DNA of 63,510 bases, the filler included, from Asterionella formosa (lineage: Eukaryota): NCBI GenBank assembly GCA_002256025.1. It is 14 parts of 14 records of this genome, joined end to end, with 100 filler letters (N's around TTAATTAATTAA, not from the genome) between each part and the next. Parts side by side here need not be neighbours in the genome. Positions count along the whole stretch, not along the records: positions 1 to 22,799 come from NKIB01002626.1; positions 22,900 to 45,601 come from NKIB01002641.1; 12 more parts are not named here. One strand, written 5' to 3'. The translations under genes and the position numbers were made by a program. The notes beneath the pieces were generated by a model that saw only the letters and a list, made by a program, of their open reading frames with translations, ran no database searches and was not told where the DNA came from. Below are positions 12,623 to 24,611 of this stretch, in pieces; position 1 is the first letter of the stretch; every line of letters starts with the position of its first letter.

Positions 12623-13214
12623 TAAAATTAGCAAAAAAAATTGCTTACGGGTACCGGTACTGCTTATATAACTATACCAGGTTTGCAGAATGAGTGAACG
12701 TACGTACATTTTTACGGACCGATCTCGTGATTGCCGTTATTTTGTAGCATGAATGATCTGTTTTCCTTATTGCCCTATAATCGAATCGTATACCGGGACA
12801 GGTAATAATGGTTCATAAATGTTGAGTAACGGTACCAGGTACAACTAGACCATCACCAGCGGTGGCATCCTCCTATAATTGTTTTCCATTGACATGGTCA
12901 TGTCTATATAGATAGTTGCTATTTCTGACAAAATGGCTGTTACAATGACTTAATCGCCAACTACACTCCGTACGATTTTGCGGGGGTTGCTGTTGTCGCT
13001 CTTGCCATTAATTAATAGCCATCCTTTAAACGAGTTTGAGTGCGGTATGCCTATATTGCAGTTGACTGACCACCAGATTGTCTCTCTAAATTATTGAGGA
13101 GATCACACATTACACGCTCTCGCTCTCCCTCTGTTTTCGATACAAAATCCCAATCAGCAGGGCACAGCGCACCAAACAGAATCATCCTCACACACGTTAT
13201 GCTTCGTACTGACA

Positions 13215-15551
13215 ATGGGCCCCTATATCCCTTACATTACCACGCCATTGCTAATGATGAATTCCAAGGCAACTGCTACAATGCCAAAATCAAGAGTTCA
13301 CAAGCCTAACAATGGCAACAACAGCAGCAGCAGCAGCAACAAATCAGTGCAACTGTCTCCTCATGTCACGGTGTTTGGTGATTTAGAAAAGGCTCATGAC
13401 GATGGCACACATCGGTTTCTCAAGAGTGCCTTGAAACAGTCATCGTCGTACCGAGAGCCATCCTCGTCCTCCTGTCGCAGTCTGACTACCGGTTCTTACA
13501 ACAACAATAGAGCCTCACTAATTGCAGAACAAAACGATACCTACGCATCGTCACGATCGTTGATACAACCAGATGTTCCTGGATACTTTGCGTCCCACAA
13601 TGCTACTACGAATACTAACATTTCTTCAGATGTAAGAAGACAATCTCTACCTGCCATTTTGGAACGGAAACCAAAACCCAAATCGGAATCCAGCAGAAGA
13701 GCAAGCTGTACTAGCACTAGCACTAGCACTAGCACTTGCAGCGTTGAACGACGACGAGAACGAGGAGAAACCTGTAGTCGCACTCCTCCCAGAGAAAGAG
13801 GCAATACAAGTAATCGCACTCCTCCCAGAACCACCAGCAACAGTACGACGACAGCAAGCACGACTACCGGCACTGCCTCTGGACACTTGATGCGATGGAT
13901 GAGACGGGAAGGAAGTGCTACCCACACAGTGTCATCTGGAGAAAGGCAAAGGCCAGCACTGCATCGACGAGGTTCCCTCACTAGTTTTGCTAGCTGTGAC
14001 AGTGCGCCCACTTTTGCATCTGTTCAAACAATGCCGTCCAGACTTGACAAAAAAGATAAAAAGGAAAAGAAAGGAAAGAAGGAAAAGAAAGAGAAAGGCT
14101 CCAAATCACGACGACGTTGCAGCTCACTTACTAAGCTCGTTGAGCCAAAACAGACATTACAAGAAAGTAGTAGCACTACCAGTAGTACTCAGCGTCGACG
14201 CTACTCACTCACGGATATGCATGATTTCTCCTCACTTGCCAATGTTGCATCACGACAAGACAGAGTGGTGTCATCATTAGAGAACTCTCATGTTCCATTC
14301 TCATCAAAGGATTTGCGACAAATGGCAAATGGTCAAGCAACGTCTCCCTTTTCTGTAAGGGAGCAGCAACAACACCAACAACATTTTCTCTCCAGCGACA
14401 GAGAGTCGTCTCTTCAAGGCAAAGCTCTTAGAGATGAACCAAAGTGTCCGAGCAACAGGTCCGTCGATACAACATCCACCAGATCCTTAACCTCAGCGTC
14501 ATCGCGGTCTCTATCTTCTACACCTACAGGTTGGACAAATCAAGCATCGTCCAGCATTGCGAATAGAAGTGCATTGGCTGGACCAATCAGGGCACCAACA
14601 CCATTCCGACCACCATCCATGGCACAAGCAGGCATTACTCCTGAACAACTTGCTCGCCAACATTTACAAACACAACAGCAGAAGGCCAAGGAGTTATCTG
14701 CTGCAAAGTTAGAGCGGGCGATTAAAAAGGAACAACGTCGCTTGTCCGAATTAGAATTCCCAGGTACCTTGAGTGAGTTTCTTTGTACCAAGGTACAATC
14801 TGTGGATCCCACTTATGAATCTGACGAAGGGGATGACATGTTTAGCGTCTTTCAGTGGAGCGTTAGTGGAAGCACTGTAGCTTCTCATAGTGTCAAGAGT
14901 GTAACGTCTGCCATGACGAAGAGGTCCTCGTTGTCGTCCCGCAGCACGTTGGATGCATCGATTCACAGTGGTGCACCAACGCCGACGCTTGCGTCCGCGG
15001 AGAACGACAAGAAAAGAGTCAGTCCGAAGGAAAGAAGCAGCGGCAAAAGTAGCTCTTTTAAAACTCGAGATTCTAGCGTGTCAAGACTGGCCTCTGTGGA
15101 GCATGGGACGGGTAGTGTCAAAACGAAAGAAAGACGCAGTATCAAAAGCAGCTCGTCCATCTCTCGAGATTCTAGCTTGTCTCGACGGCGCTCCATGGAG
15201 AAAGAGACAGACAGTTTCAGTAGGCTTAGCAGCAAAAGCAGCTCGTCAAGATCTCGAATTTCCAGTGTGACTAGACGGGGATCCATGGACAATGAGACGA
15301 ACAATGTCAGTACAATGGAAAAGCGCAATAGAAGAAATAGCGCCGAACGCTCCGTTTCCAGATCTCGGTCCGTAGATAAAGATGAAGTCAAGAAGAAAAA
15401 GAAAAAATCTTCCAAGGACATCAAGAAGGAAAAGAAACGGAGCAAGTCATGCTCGACAGACAAGCTTGAGCGATCTGCAAGAAAGGAACGAAAAGACGAC
15501 TGTCTCTCTGCCTCTGCAAGGCACCCTCATCGCTCATACTCTGTGGACTGA
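13215..15551 (+). CDS. Hypothetical Ser/Arg/Lys-rich low-complexity protein (up to 778 aa; start may be a later ATG)
   Basis: 2.3 kb uninterrupted ORF; recurring RRxSL/RRxSM motifs and basic clusters; no catalytic domain recognised. Confidence 0.75.
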   Translation: MGPYIPYITTPLLMMNSKATATMPKSRVHKPNNGNNSSSSSNKSVQLSPHVTVFGDLEKAHDDGTHRFLKSALKQSSSYREPSSSSCRSLTTGSYNNNRASLIAEQNDTYASSRSLIQPDVPGYFASHNATTNTNISSDVRRQSLPAILERKPKPKSESSRRASCTSTSTSTSTCSVERRRERGETCSRTPPRERGNTSNRTPPRTTSNSTTTASTTTGTASGHLMRWMRREGSATHTVSSGERQRPALHRRGSLTSFASCDSAPTFASVQTMPSRLDKKDKKEKKGKKEKKEKGSKSRRRCSSLTKLVEPKQTLQESSSTTSSTQRRRYSLTDMHDFSSLANVASRQDRVVSSLENSHVPFSSKDLRQMANGQATSPFSVREQQQHQQHFLSSDRESSLQGKALRDEPKCPSNRSVDTTSTRSLTSASSRSLSSTPTGWTNQASSSIANRSALAGPIRAPTPFRPPSMAQAGITPEQLARQHLQTQQQKAKELSAAKLERAIKKEQRRLSELEFPGTLSEFLCTKVQSVDPTYESDEGDDMFSVFQWSVSGSTVASHSVKSVTSAMTKRSSLSSRSTLDASIHSGAPTPTLASAENDKKRVSPKERSSGKSSSFKTRDSSVSRLASVEHGTGSVKTKERRSIKSSSSISRDSSLSRRRSMEKETDSFSRLSSKSSSSRSRISSVTRRGSMDNETNNVSTMEKRNRRNSAERSVSRSRSVDKDEVKKKKKKSSKDIKKEKKRSKSCSTDKLERSARKERKDDCLSASARHPHRSYSVD

Positions 15552-16422
15552 ATAGTTATCCATTTTACGGAAGCTGCATTATTTATTTCCTTATAAAGTT
15601 CTGGTCAACAGATCTTGGCGTTCTTGACTTATCCTAAGTTTCACCTTATAACTCCGTTAAAATATAGAAGCCATTTGATTTTTCTCAAGCCTCCTGCATA
15701 TTCCTCTTACTTGGATGATTAGATTACTTAAGGGAAGGTATACATCAACGAGAGCGAAAACAAGTTAAAGTCACTGAATGCTAACAACTTTGTTAGTCAT
15801 CATTGCTATTTGTGGTAGTGTAATCACGCTGACTTACTATTTTTCCTACCCAAGAGTTGCAGCAGTCTTTATGTATAGCTATGGTTGTTTCCAACAAACT
15901 CATGAGTATACCAATAATCTATTTCTTCTAATATTGCATTTCGACCTAAAATGATTTATTTTCTCCTCACTTTTAAATAGATAGGTGTGGATCTATCGGG
16001 ATCGAAGGTGAAGAATTCGGATTTCTGATACTATACACCGTCTCCGCCATATTTTGTTTTGCAAACTCAGCAACCTAGTCGTAAGTGCAAGCATAATCAG
16101 GAATACTATGTACATGGATTTCCTGGCAAGGAGAGTATAGAGATAATGAACGATAGCATCCAACTTGCAGTATTACCTACCAGATAGCCCCCCCCCCTTC
16201 CCTTTCAGTAAACATTAGTAGAACATTGTATTCATACGCGATAAGATTAATATATTATTGTTTAGCGTGCAACACTCAAGCTCAGACATGATTCTGAAGT
16301 TGAGCCATGTAAGTTTACTAGCCCTCTCCTCGTCTATCAACTTGGTCAGTAGCAAACATAAAAATTCATGTGGTAAGGCGGCTGAGAATTGGGATCAAGA
16401 ATCTAGGACATTCAATTTTCTA

Positions 16423-17031
16423 TCATTCCCCGGAGTAGCAACTTGCATTTGTACCTGTGCGAAGAAGAATAAGTCTCATCATTTCACTGTCAACTTGAAT
16501 ATCAACTAATTCATGTCCAATACGACGTGGGGACCCAGACCTGGATCGTTGGTTGTAACGGAACTGCGTTAGCCTATCGATGTAACAGTTTGTTTTTATT
16601 TCGGCAATCGCCTCTGCTGAAATAAGAGCTTCATCCTTGGCCGCCATGGTCAAAGTCGCTGAGATTTGAGCAATTCCTATGGGGTCATCCACCCCCAAAA
16701 GTCGATTCACCTCTTGCTGCTCCAGTATGAGTCGGATGGCAGTCGCCCTCTGTGTCGCTCTCGTTTCATTGAGTGTCGCGATGTCATCAAAACCGAGTGA
16801 TCTATCGTTCTTATTGTCCTCCGTTTTCTTTCTTTGTTGCAAACCCTCGGCGAGTCTCTGCCTTTCCTCCTCCATTTGAGAAAGTTCTCGCTTGGTGTAC
16901 CACATTTCGGTTCTCTCCTCATGATTGCAATCGAGGAGTTCCACACAATTCGCTCCCGAAAATGATACTCTTCGCTGCATTCGTTCTCGATGTGGGAGAC
17001 CATTGGAGGGATCTTCTACTAGGCATTGCAT
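16423..17031 (-). CDS. Hypothetical protein with RRVSF...MWY..E motif (202 aa)
   Basis: ATG-initiated ORF; VxF...WY...E...VL.EQ-type pattern resembling common diatom hypothetical proteins. Confidence 0.65.
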   Translation of the reverse strand: MQCLVEDPSNGLPHRERMQRRVSFSGANCVELLDCNHEERTEMWYTKRELSQMEEERQRLAEGLQQRKKTEDNKNDRSLGFDDIATLNETRATQRATAIRLILEQQEVNRLLGVDDPIGIAQISATLTMAAKDEALISAEAIAEIKTNCYIDRLTQFRYNQRSRSGSPRRIGHELVDIQVDSEMMRLILLRTGTNASCYSGE

Positions 17032-17473
17032 GATTGATCAGTTGCAGATACGCGAAGAAAATTGACCACTGTAAATTGTTTTTCCTCTTTTTATGATTCT
17101 CTTGTCTGCATGTGTTTAGGTGTTGCTGTACTACCGGTACATGCATTATTACGAAGCAAAATAATGTCCCCATGATATTGTGAGATTGACAGGTTCGTAC
17201 CTGTGTACAGGTATATATGCACTCTCCGACATTATAAGCTTACAGTACCAGGTACAGTACCCTGGTACCACTGATACTTTTATTATACCAGTAGGATGGT
17301 GAATACCGATATGAATATGTAAAATTGTCGATGTATGCTGGCATTTCCCATTTCCCTGAGCGGTATTTGCTACATTCTCGAATATCGTTACCGTACTTGA
17401 TGGTGGAGTCGTCATCATTATAAGAAGCCTAAATCCTGTTTCTTCACATCGCTACCAGGTGGAGCAACTTCAG

Positions 17474-17562
17474 CAAGTTGCGGTTTTTGTGTTGAAACTA
17501 AAACTTAAGCTTTTTTTTCTCCGATATTAAATTGTTTATTCAAGCAAAATGTCCGCAACTTG
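17474..17562 (-). mobile_element. MITE copy (89 bp), TSD CAG
   Basis: cag|CAAGTTGCGG...CAAAATGTCCGCAACTTG|cag; reverse-orientation homolog of 37106 and 46432. Confidence 0.85.
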
Positions 17563-20500
17563 CAGATTCTTTAGCACTCGAAAACAACAGAAAATTACTT
17601 ATCTATAATTGACAAAAAAACAAGAAGCAGTTTACTACAGTAGACAATGTGGGGACGTGTGAATGTTTACATGAGCATACATATGTACACGTCACCATTG
17701 CTATCTTACAACCTGTCATTTGTAAGGCATGCAAGATAAAAAATATGACTACAAGCTGCTGAGTCCAACTTAAATAGGGCAGGTCTTAAAAGAGTTACAA
17801 TTTAATTTTTTTTGTATCTTCAGAAAAAAATCTTTACAGAGATACATTTCACAAATGTATCTCAGTTATGGCAAAACAGTTAGCCTTTTTAGTGTCTCTG
17901 CAAACATGTGCATCAGACTCAAAAGAAAGCAGCAAAATTATAGCAATGTGGTATAAGAACCACTCCTGCTGCACATCATCACCGCCTTCCACTTGCACCC
18001 TGAGTTGGCTGTCAAGACAGCTGATGCATATGCATGTGGTTGCAACTACCAACAGTACTTCACTTGTGCCTTGGCTCCCACATAAGACACATATGAAGAG
18101 GCCAAGGAGCGCATTTGCATCCTGAGAAACCTGTTGTTGCCTCTGGCCTAATGGCATGTGTTCATTCCTACTTTACTCATTCCTCTGCTCCTGAACAAGA
18201 TTCCTTTGCTGAGGCCTTGGAACGCATGCTTGTATTGCAGGATGCTGCATTGTTGACAAAAACACTCCACTTGCATCCACCTGCATCCAGAGTTGCCACC
18301 AGCAGTGAAGGCTACCAAGGTATGCAGTTGTATCTACTTATCCTTGATGGCTGCTCCCAATCAAGACTTGTCTATAGACAGATGAAACAATTATTGGGAA
18401 CCAGGTCAGGAGAGAAAGCTTCAAAGAGCGCCTCCATATGTTGGATGTTGCTAATGCACCTACCAAATCAACTCATCAACTTGGTGATGTGTCTCAGTGT
18501 TACTTCTCCGATTCTTACAACGAAAAAGAAATGAAAGAGAGCTACGATGACCACCATTTTGAATACAAAGAAGACTTATCTCATGAACACTTGTGTGAAA
18601 GTCTCTCAACGGTTATTGTCAATAGTCGTTCAACACTCATGAAACCTTTGTGAGCACAAAGGATGATGGTGAGGGTCAATTGTCGCGCTCTCCTTCTCTT
18701 TTACGTTGTTTGTCTATGACAAGCAAGGGCGCTCAAGCACATCAAACCCTTTTTTATCACTTTGCATAAACCATACAGGTATATATATATTGTCACAAAA
18801 ATGATTAAGTTACAACAACAAGCGTTGTCATGCAGATAAAATAATTTAATTTCACGTGATGTTGAGTGAGTGAAAGCAGTGCATATAGTTTTTAATTATT
18901 GGATTGATAGGCATCCTAGGTATTGAATTGATAGGTATCAAACTGGATCAAAACTGAAGTATACCTTGATGTGAGATGATTTGCATTCTTGTGTTTGTTA
19001 CCTATTTGATTTTTATTTGTCCATGGAGTTTTTGCTATCCATTTACTTGAAGCTAGGAAGAATGTTTCTGAATTTGAGGTTTTGCCAACCTTGCATAGTT
19101 GCAATGTCAGTTTAGAACTGTCGATAATCACGAAAACCTGGCCGCTTNNNNNNNNNNNNNNNNNNNNNNNNNNNNNNNNNNNNNNNNNNNNNNNNNNNNN
19201 NNNNNNNNNNNNNNNNNNNNNNNNNNNNNNNNNNNNNNNNNNNNNNNNNNNNNNNNNNNNNNNNNNNNNNNNNNNNNNNNNNNNNNNNNNNNNNNNNNNN
19301 NNNNNNNNNNNNNNNNNNNNNNNNNNNNNNNNNNNNNNNNNNNNNNNNNNNNNNNNNNNNNNNNNNNNNNNNNNNNNNNNNNNNNNNNNNNNNNNNNNNN
19401 NNNNNNNNNNNNNNNNNNNNNNNNNNNNNNNNNNNNNNNNNNNNNNNNNNNNNNNNNNNNNNNNNNNNNNNNNNNNNNNNNNNNNNNNNNNNNNNNNNNN
19501 NNNNNNNNNNNNNNNNNNNNNNNNNNNNNNNNNNNNNNNNNNNNNNNNNNNNNNNNNNNNNNNNNNNNNNNNNNNNNNNNNNNNNNNNNNNNNNNNNNNN
19601 NNNNNNNNNNNNNNNNNNNNNNNNNNNNNNNNNNNNNNNNNNNNNNNNNNNNNNNNNNNNNNNNNNNNNNNNNNNNNNNNNNNNNNNNNNNNNNNNNNNN
19701 NNNNNNNNNNNNNNNNNNNNNNNNNNNNNNNNNNNNNNNNNNNNNNNNNNNNNNNNNNNNNNNNNNNNNNNNNNNNNNNNNNNNNNNNNNNNNNAACTGT
19801 ATCTCAACAGTCCTAATGTAAATGCAAATGTTCCAAAAGAAATGGAAACATTCAAGGGAGGGCGGTCGATGCCATTAAAATAGCATGAGAGTTCCGTTCT
19901 GTTGAATCATCATACATGGGGAACTAGTGGTAGCAACAAGAGAAAAAAGTAAGCAACGGTGGGAAACCCACACCTAATGGAGAGCAAAGATGCAAAGGTG
20001 CAAGCAAACTGACTCCATGATGCCGAAAAGCCCACACATTGAGCTACTGAAGTCGCCAAGGCTGCTTGATCAACATCACATGTGTTCATGGTAATAAGCA
20101 AGTGGAATTCTTGGCTTGATTGCTCTTGCAGCCAGACAATGCATCCTCCCACCACAGCAACAAACTTAAACATCCCTGTGCACTGTTGATTGATGTGTAT
20201 TCAGCTGAATGGAGCTGCCTTCTTACATCGAAAAATCGCTTGAGTAATGGAAGCACAACCGATGACTGAAAACAGAGCATACATAGTTAATAATCACATA
20301 ATTGCATGCACCGTATCAAAGCATAATCATACTTGTTGTTTTGTGTGTGTCCGTTGACTCAAATGATGACTCAATTATATTCCCGTTGTTATGGAAATGG
20401 CAAATTCCTTAACCCATGAGGCCTCGTTTTGCAATCTCTCCTTCGGAAGTACGTACCGGTACTCCACAACGAGTCCTGCTATCGATGGTGAGAAGCGCGC

Positions 20501-21505
20501 CAATTGGAACTGGTCAGGACGACCAACAATTGAAAATTCGAGCACGGCTTTTTGAACAACAAGCAATTTTCCGTGTTGACTTTTTTAGTCGCGGAAAATG
20601 TAGAAAATTCCTCGATACACGGGGGTTGGGCTATCTATGATACTTATTCAGTCTCGATTTAAATAATAAACCATGTTTGTGCACATGGCTGAATACATAG
20701 GAACAATAATCTACTTAGTTTACCGAAAGTGAAGTTCCGGATACTTCTCATGTCGTACCGGTATATATGTTTTATACTCCGGTATTTATACATCCAAATG
20801 AATATATTATTTCTTACTCTTGAGTGCCTTGACAACAAGTTGACAATTAATACTAGCTAGGTATAGATTGGCTCAGTAGCAGAACAGTCTACATTGAAGA
20901 AATGGAGGACGATAACAAGGGGGAAGNNNNNNNNNNNNNNNNNNNNNNNNNNNNNNNNNNNNNNNNNNNNNNNNNNNNNNNNNNNNNNNNNNNNNNNNNN
21001 NNNNNNNNNNNNNNNNNNNNNNNNNNNNNNNNNNNNNNNNNNNNNNNNNNNNNNNNNNNNNNNNNNNNNNNNNNNNNNNNNNNNNNNNNNNNNNNNNNNN
21101 NNNNNNNNNNNNNNNNNNNNNNNNNNNNNNNNNNNNNNNNNNNNNNNNNNNNNNNNNNNNNNNNNNNNNNNNNNNNNNNNNNNNNNNNNNNNNNNNNNNN
21201 NNNNNNNNNNNNNNNNNNNNNNNNNNNNNNNNNNNNNNNNNNNNNNNNNNNNNNNNNNNNNNNNNNNNNNNNNNNNNNNNNNNNNNNNNNNNNNNNNNNN
21301 NNNNNNNNNNNNNNNNNNNNNNNNNNNNNNNNNNNNNNNNNNNNNNNNNNNNNNNNNNNNNNNNNNNNNNNNNNNNNNNNNNNNNNNNNNNNNNNNNNNN
21401 NNNNNNNNNNNNNNNNNNNNNNNNNNNNNNNNNNNNNNNNNNNNNNNNNNNNNNNNNNNNNNNNNNNNNNNNNNNNNNNNNNNNNNNNNNNNNNNNNNNN
21501 NNNNN

Positions 21506-22799
21506 AAAGAAATGTTCAACGCCAGCAAAATATACAGCTCGGGAGACAACGTTAGATTCATCCAAGAAGATCGGGTCAATTTTGGAGCCTCGTGTCGGTA
21601 CCTTGAATTCGAAGATATCGAGAGTAAACTCAACTATTCTCGCGCGCAATACGATACCAAATCCAGGCAGTCCAGGAAGTCTACCAAGTCAAAAAAAGCC
21701 AAGAGCGATAAGCCGAAGCGAAGGAAGGCGCGAGAATACGAAGATGCCATCCTTCTCACTACTCATCCTTTGAACGAGAATCGTAAATTCCCTATACCAA
21801 CATCCTCGGCCACTCCAATGCGAGATGCACCCATTAAGTTCAGGAGCAGTCGCATGCTTATGAAGCCAGATGAATTGCGTTCTATTCAGATTGACGACAT
21901 TTCCGAATTAGGAAGCTCATTCGAGCTTAAAGAGCTCGAGGATGACTGGCTATTTGATGTCAGAAGCGTCAGGAGCAACAAGAGCAATAGGAGCTCTTCT
22001 AAAATCTTGGAATCCATCAATGCTAGGGTCAAGGAACTGGAGCTGTTGGAACCAATGACCGCTATAGAGCCAGTAGAGATATTAGCCGTGCCACAGAATT
22101 CTTCGCAAACATCGGAAAACCCTACAAAGCGATCGTTTATTAGAGCCCTTTCGAAAGCCTTTCGACGGCCAATTGACAAGAAGAATGTATGTGATGAAGA
22201 CGCAGAGTATTTGTTGAAAAACTTTCAAGAACCATCAAAAATGGCAAAGCCTTCTTTTGGAGAACGTCTTGGAAGATTCAATTGCGAAAAGTCTCTCCGA
22301 ATGGTGAAAGAAAGCAAGATGACGAGTCAACATAGGGGGTTTGCGGGTTTGGAGGAGGAAATGGAAGACGACGACCACTACCTTCCAAGGCGACCTCGGT
22401 TGGGTAGTGCAGACAGCATGGGGAAGCGAAGCATCGATGAATCTACAATTGGCGTTCCTTGGAACACTCGTCGAATGAGTCATTCGACAGATGGCAGTGA
22501 ACAAATTGAAACGAAAAGGCCAGGACTTGTCGCGGAAAAGAATGTTAACAGTGCTAAAACTCCAAGGAGAAGAGGATCCTTAGGAAGTTTAGGGTCAATG
22601 GTACTTAGATCAATGGCAGTGACGGAAACCTTTACTGGTAAGGAAAAGAAACGCGAATCAACACGCAGCCTAGAAATACCGGCGACCGAAGAAATAGTAA
22701 TACCAACAAACAGACGATCTGTCAGGAGTCTAGGTAGCGTTGGAAGTTTGAGATCCAATGAATCAAATAGTATTTCTGGAGATAAGGTAAATAAGAATA
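21506..22799 (+). CDS. Partial hypothetical low-complexity protein, open at both ends
   Basis: ~430 codons open between the N gap and the contig end; RRGSL-type motifs; possible start near 20902 before the gap. Confidence 0.7.
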
Positions 22800-23285
22800 N
22801 NNNNNNNNNNNNNNNNNNNNNNNNNNNNNNNNNNNNNNNNNNNTTAATTAATTAANNNNNNNNNNNNNNNNNNNNNNNNNNNNNNNNNNNNNNNNNNNNC
22901 CCCCTTTTATTTTTGCATTGACGATTCGATTTGTAACTTGCTGCCGGATTGGGTCCAAGCGGATGTGGTTGGGTCTCTTTTGGCAGTTGGTTGATGGCGA
23001 GTCATGCTGCGTTGTAGCGATTCTTCTATTGGAATAATAAGGGTTTTTGAGCGATGTGTTCAGTCCACATTCAGGTATATCTGAATGATGAGGGTCTTCT
23101 CGTCTTGCTGCTGTTTGGTGCATGTTAGACAGGCTAGCGCGTTTTTGCGGACGATGCCCAATGATTATGAGACATATAATTGAAACTAGACTAATCTGTT
23201 ATTGATTTGCGTCTTACTTTGGTTATTGTCAAACTGCATTTATTCGTTTGAATATTTGCTGGTTTCCCTCACCTTTGCTTGAAAC

Positions 23286-24611
23286 TTAAAAATCGAAACT
23301 AGTTTTTCTCCCTTTCTTTTTTCTCAGCTCGTCCAACTTACTCTCAAGCAATTTATTCGAGCCTGCATATTTTTTATTGGGACGCTTCCCTTCGCCTTTA
23401 TCAATCTCGATACGTGTGATGTTTCGTCCTGTTGAAGACATAAAGTCATAAATTCCATCAGAAAATGCACTCTTGGAATGAACCAGGATGTCACAATGCA
23501 TGGCGAGCCGAAAGGTGGCATATATAGCCAGAACCTCCATCACTGGATCATTTGATGGCATATGCACTCCCCATTTACCTTCTGCCCCACGATACCTTGT
23601 CCTGTTCATGTACATCCAGTTGTAGTAAGAGTGAAACTCGAGAGCCTCATCGATAGCATTAGCATCGTCAGTGAAGAGCATAATATTCTTGATTTTTCTT
23701 GACTTGAGATCTGGTACTTTTTCTAGATATTCGGCAATGGCAAAATACTTTCGAGTAAATCCATCTTTGACAACATCAGATCGACGCACATGCATGGCTG
23801 CACATGGTGTTCGCACCTCCCAGGGGAAGCGCTCTTTCATATATTCATACAGGCGCTTACGAAACCACTGCTGAGGTCTCGTGACATGTACCCGTAACCA
23901 TGCTATTTGATGTTGCTTCCTTTCAATCCTTCCTTTTGAATCCATACGCCAGTCGCCCTTGAGACCGACTTGGTGTTTGCCTGCTGGGCACCTTCCGAGA
24001 GGTAAAAAGAAACAAAATGCAGAAGCATTCGGACAGACTTTAAATGTCTTGTCTGGTGAGACTGCATATTTCCATTCATTTCTTATAAGTTGAAACGGTC
24101 GATTGTTCTGGTAGCCGTAAAGAAGTCTATCAGCCAGCCTTGATGTGTCAATGCCGAAACCAAAAGAAAGCATTTTTTTACTGTAGACTTTCGAACAATT
24201 CGTTGAATTGGAAAACTGTAGATTGTAAATTTCACGAAGAAACTTGAACTTTGGTGTATGGTTCGCCATCTTTCTGAAGCAAAAGCAAACGTCATTTTCA
24301 AACGAAACCTCCCATTCTGGATGATGGGTCCACCACGAATCCATGTTCACATCCCATGACGAGCATACTTGATTAGGCTTAGTTCTGCCAAGACTTTGGC
24401 AAGTGTTCGCGTCGGTAAATACTGCTGCTGTCTGATTCCTTGTAACGAACTCTTTCACAGCTGTAGCTGTATGATTGCCAGTGCTACTGGATTTCACCGT
24501 CAAAAAGGGGAGCTGAGTCGCTAGTTTCTGATTGGCCAAATGAAGCAGAGCAACCAAAAAGGCGAATACCAGTAATCTTTTCTTGAATAAAAAACTGCGA
24601 ATTGCCGTCAT
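23286..24611 (-). CDS. Alpha-1,6-fucosyltransferase-like (GT23/FUT8/NodZ-type) type II membrane glycosyltransferase
   Basis: N-terminal signal anchor; AAMHVRRSD (motif I), MLFTDD (motif II), CDILVHSKSAFS (motif III-like). Confidence 0.75.
   Translation of the reverse strand: MTAIRSFLFKKRLLVFAFLVALLHLANQKLATQLPFLTVKSSSTGNHTATAVKEFVTRNQTAAVFTDANTCQSLGRTKPNQVCSSWDVNMDSWWTHHPEWEVSFENDVCFCFRKMANHTPKFKFLREIYNLQFSNSTNCSKVYSKKMLSFGFGIDTSRLADRLLYGYQNNRPFQLIRNEWKYAVSPDKTFKVCPNASAFCFFLPLGRCPAGKHQVGLKGDWRMDSKGRIERKQHQIAWLRVHVTRPQQWFRKRLYEYMKERFPWEVRTPCAAMHVRRSDVVKDGFTRKYFAIAEYLEKVPDLKSRKIKNIMLFTDDANAIDEALEFHSYYNWMYMNRTRYRGAEGKWGVHMPSNDPVMEVLAIYATFRLAMHCDILVHSKSAFSDGIYDFMSSTGRNITRIEIDKGEGKRPNKKYAGSNKLLESKLDELRKKKGRKTSFDF

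Noticed and set aside
13541..15463. Antisense or alternate-frame ORFs overlapping long genes
   Set aside because: Shadows of low-complexity coding sequence with no independent evidence.
17850..18660. Broken ORF-like segments here and at 5560-6660, 19800-20300, 25000-26200, 32640-33700, 48690-50080, 50500-51190
   Set aside because: CpG-poor and probably old TE debris, but no motif I can assign to a family.
9810..21649. Long poly-X ORFs across the N gaps (9810-10884, 19082-19855, 20857-21649)
   Set aside because: Translation through Ns; only the frame from 21506 onward has real sequence support.
22900..23123. Short possible gene ends at contig edges (also 50181-50264 and signal-peptide-like 55991-56047)
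   Set aside because: Too short or truncated to support a call.
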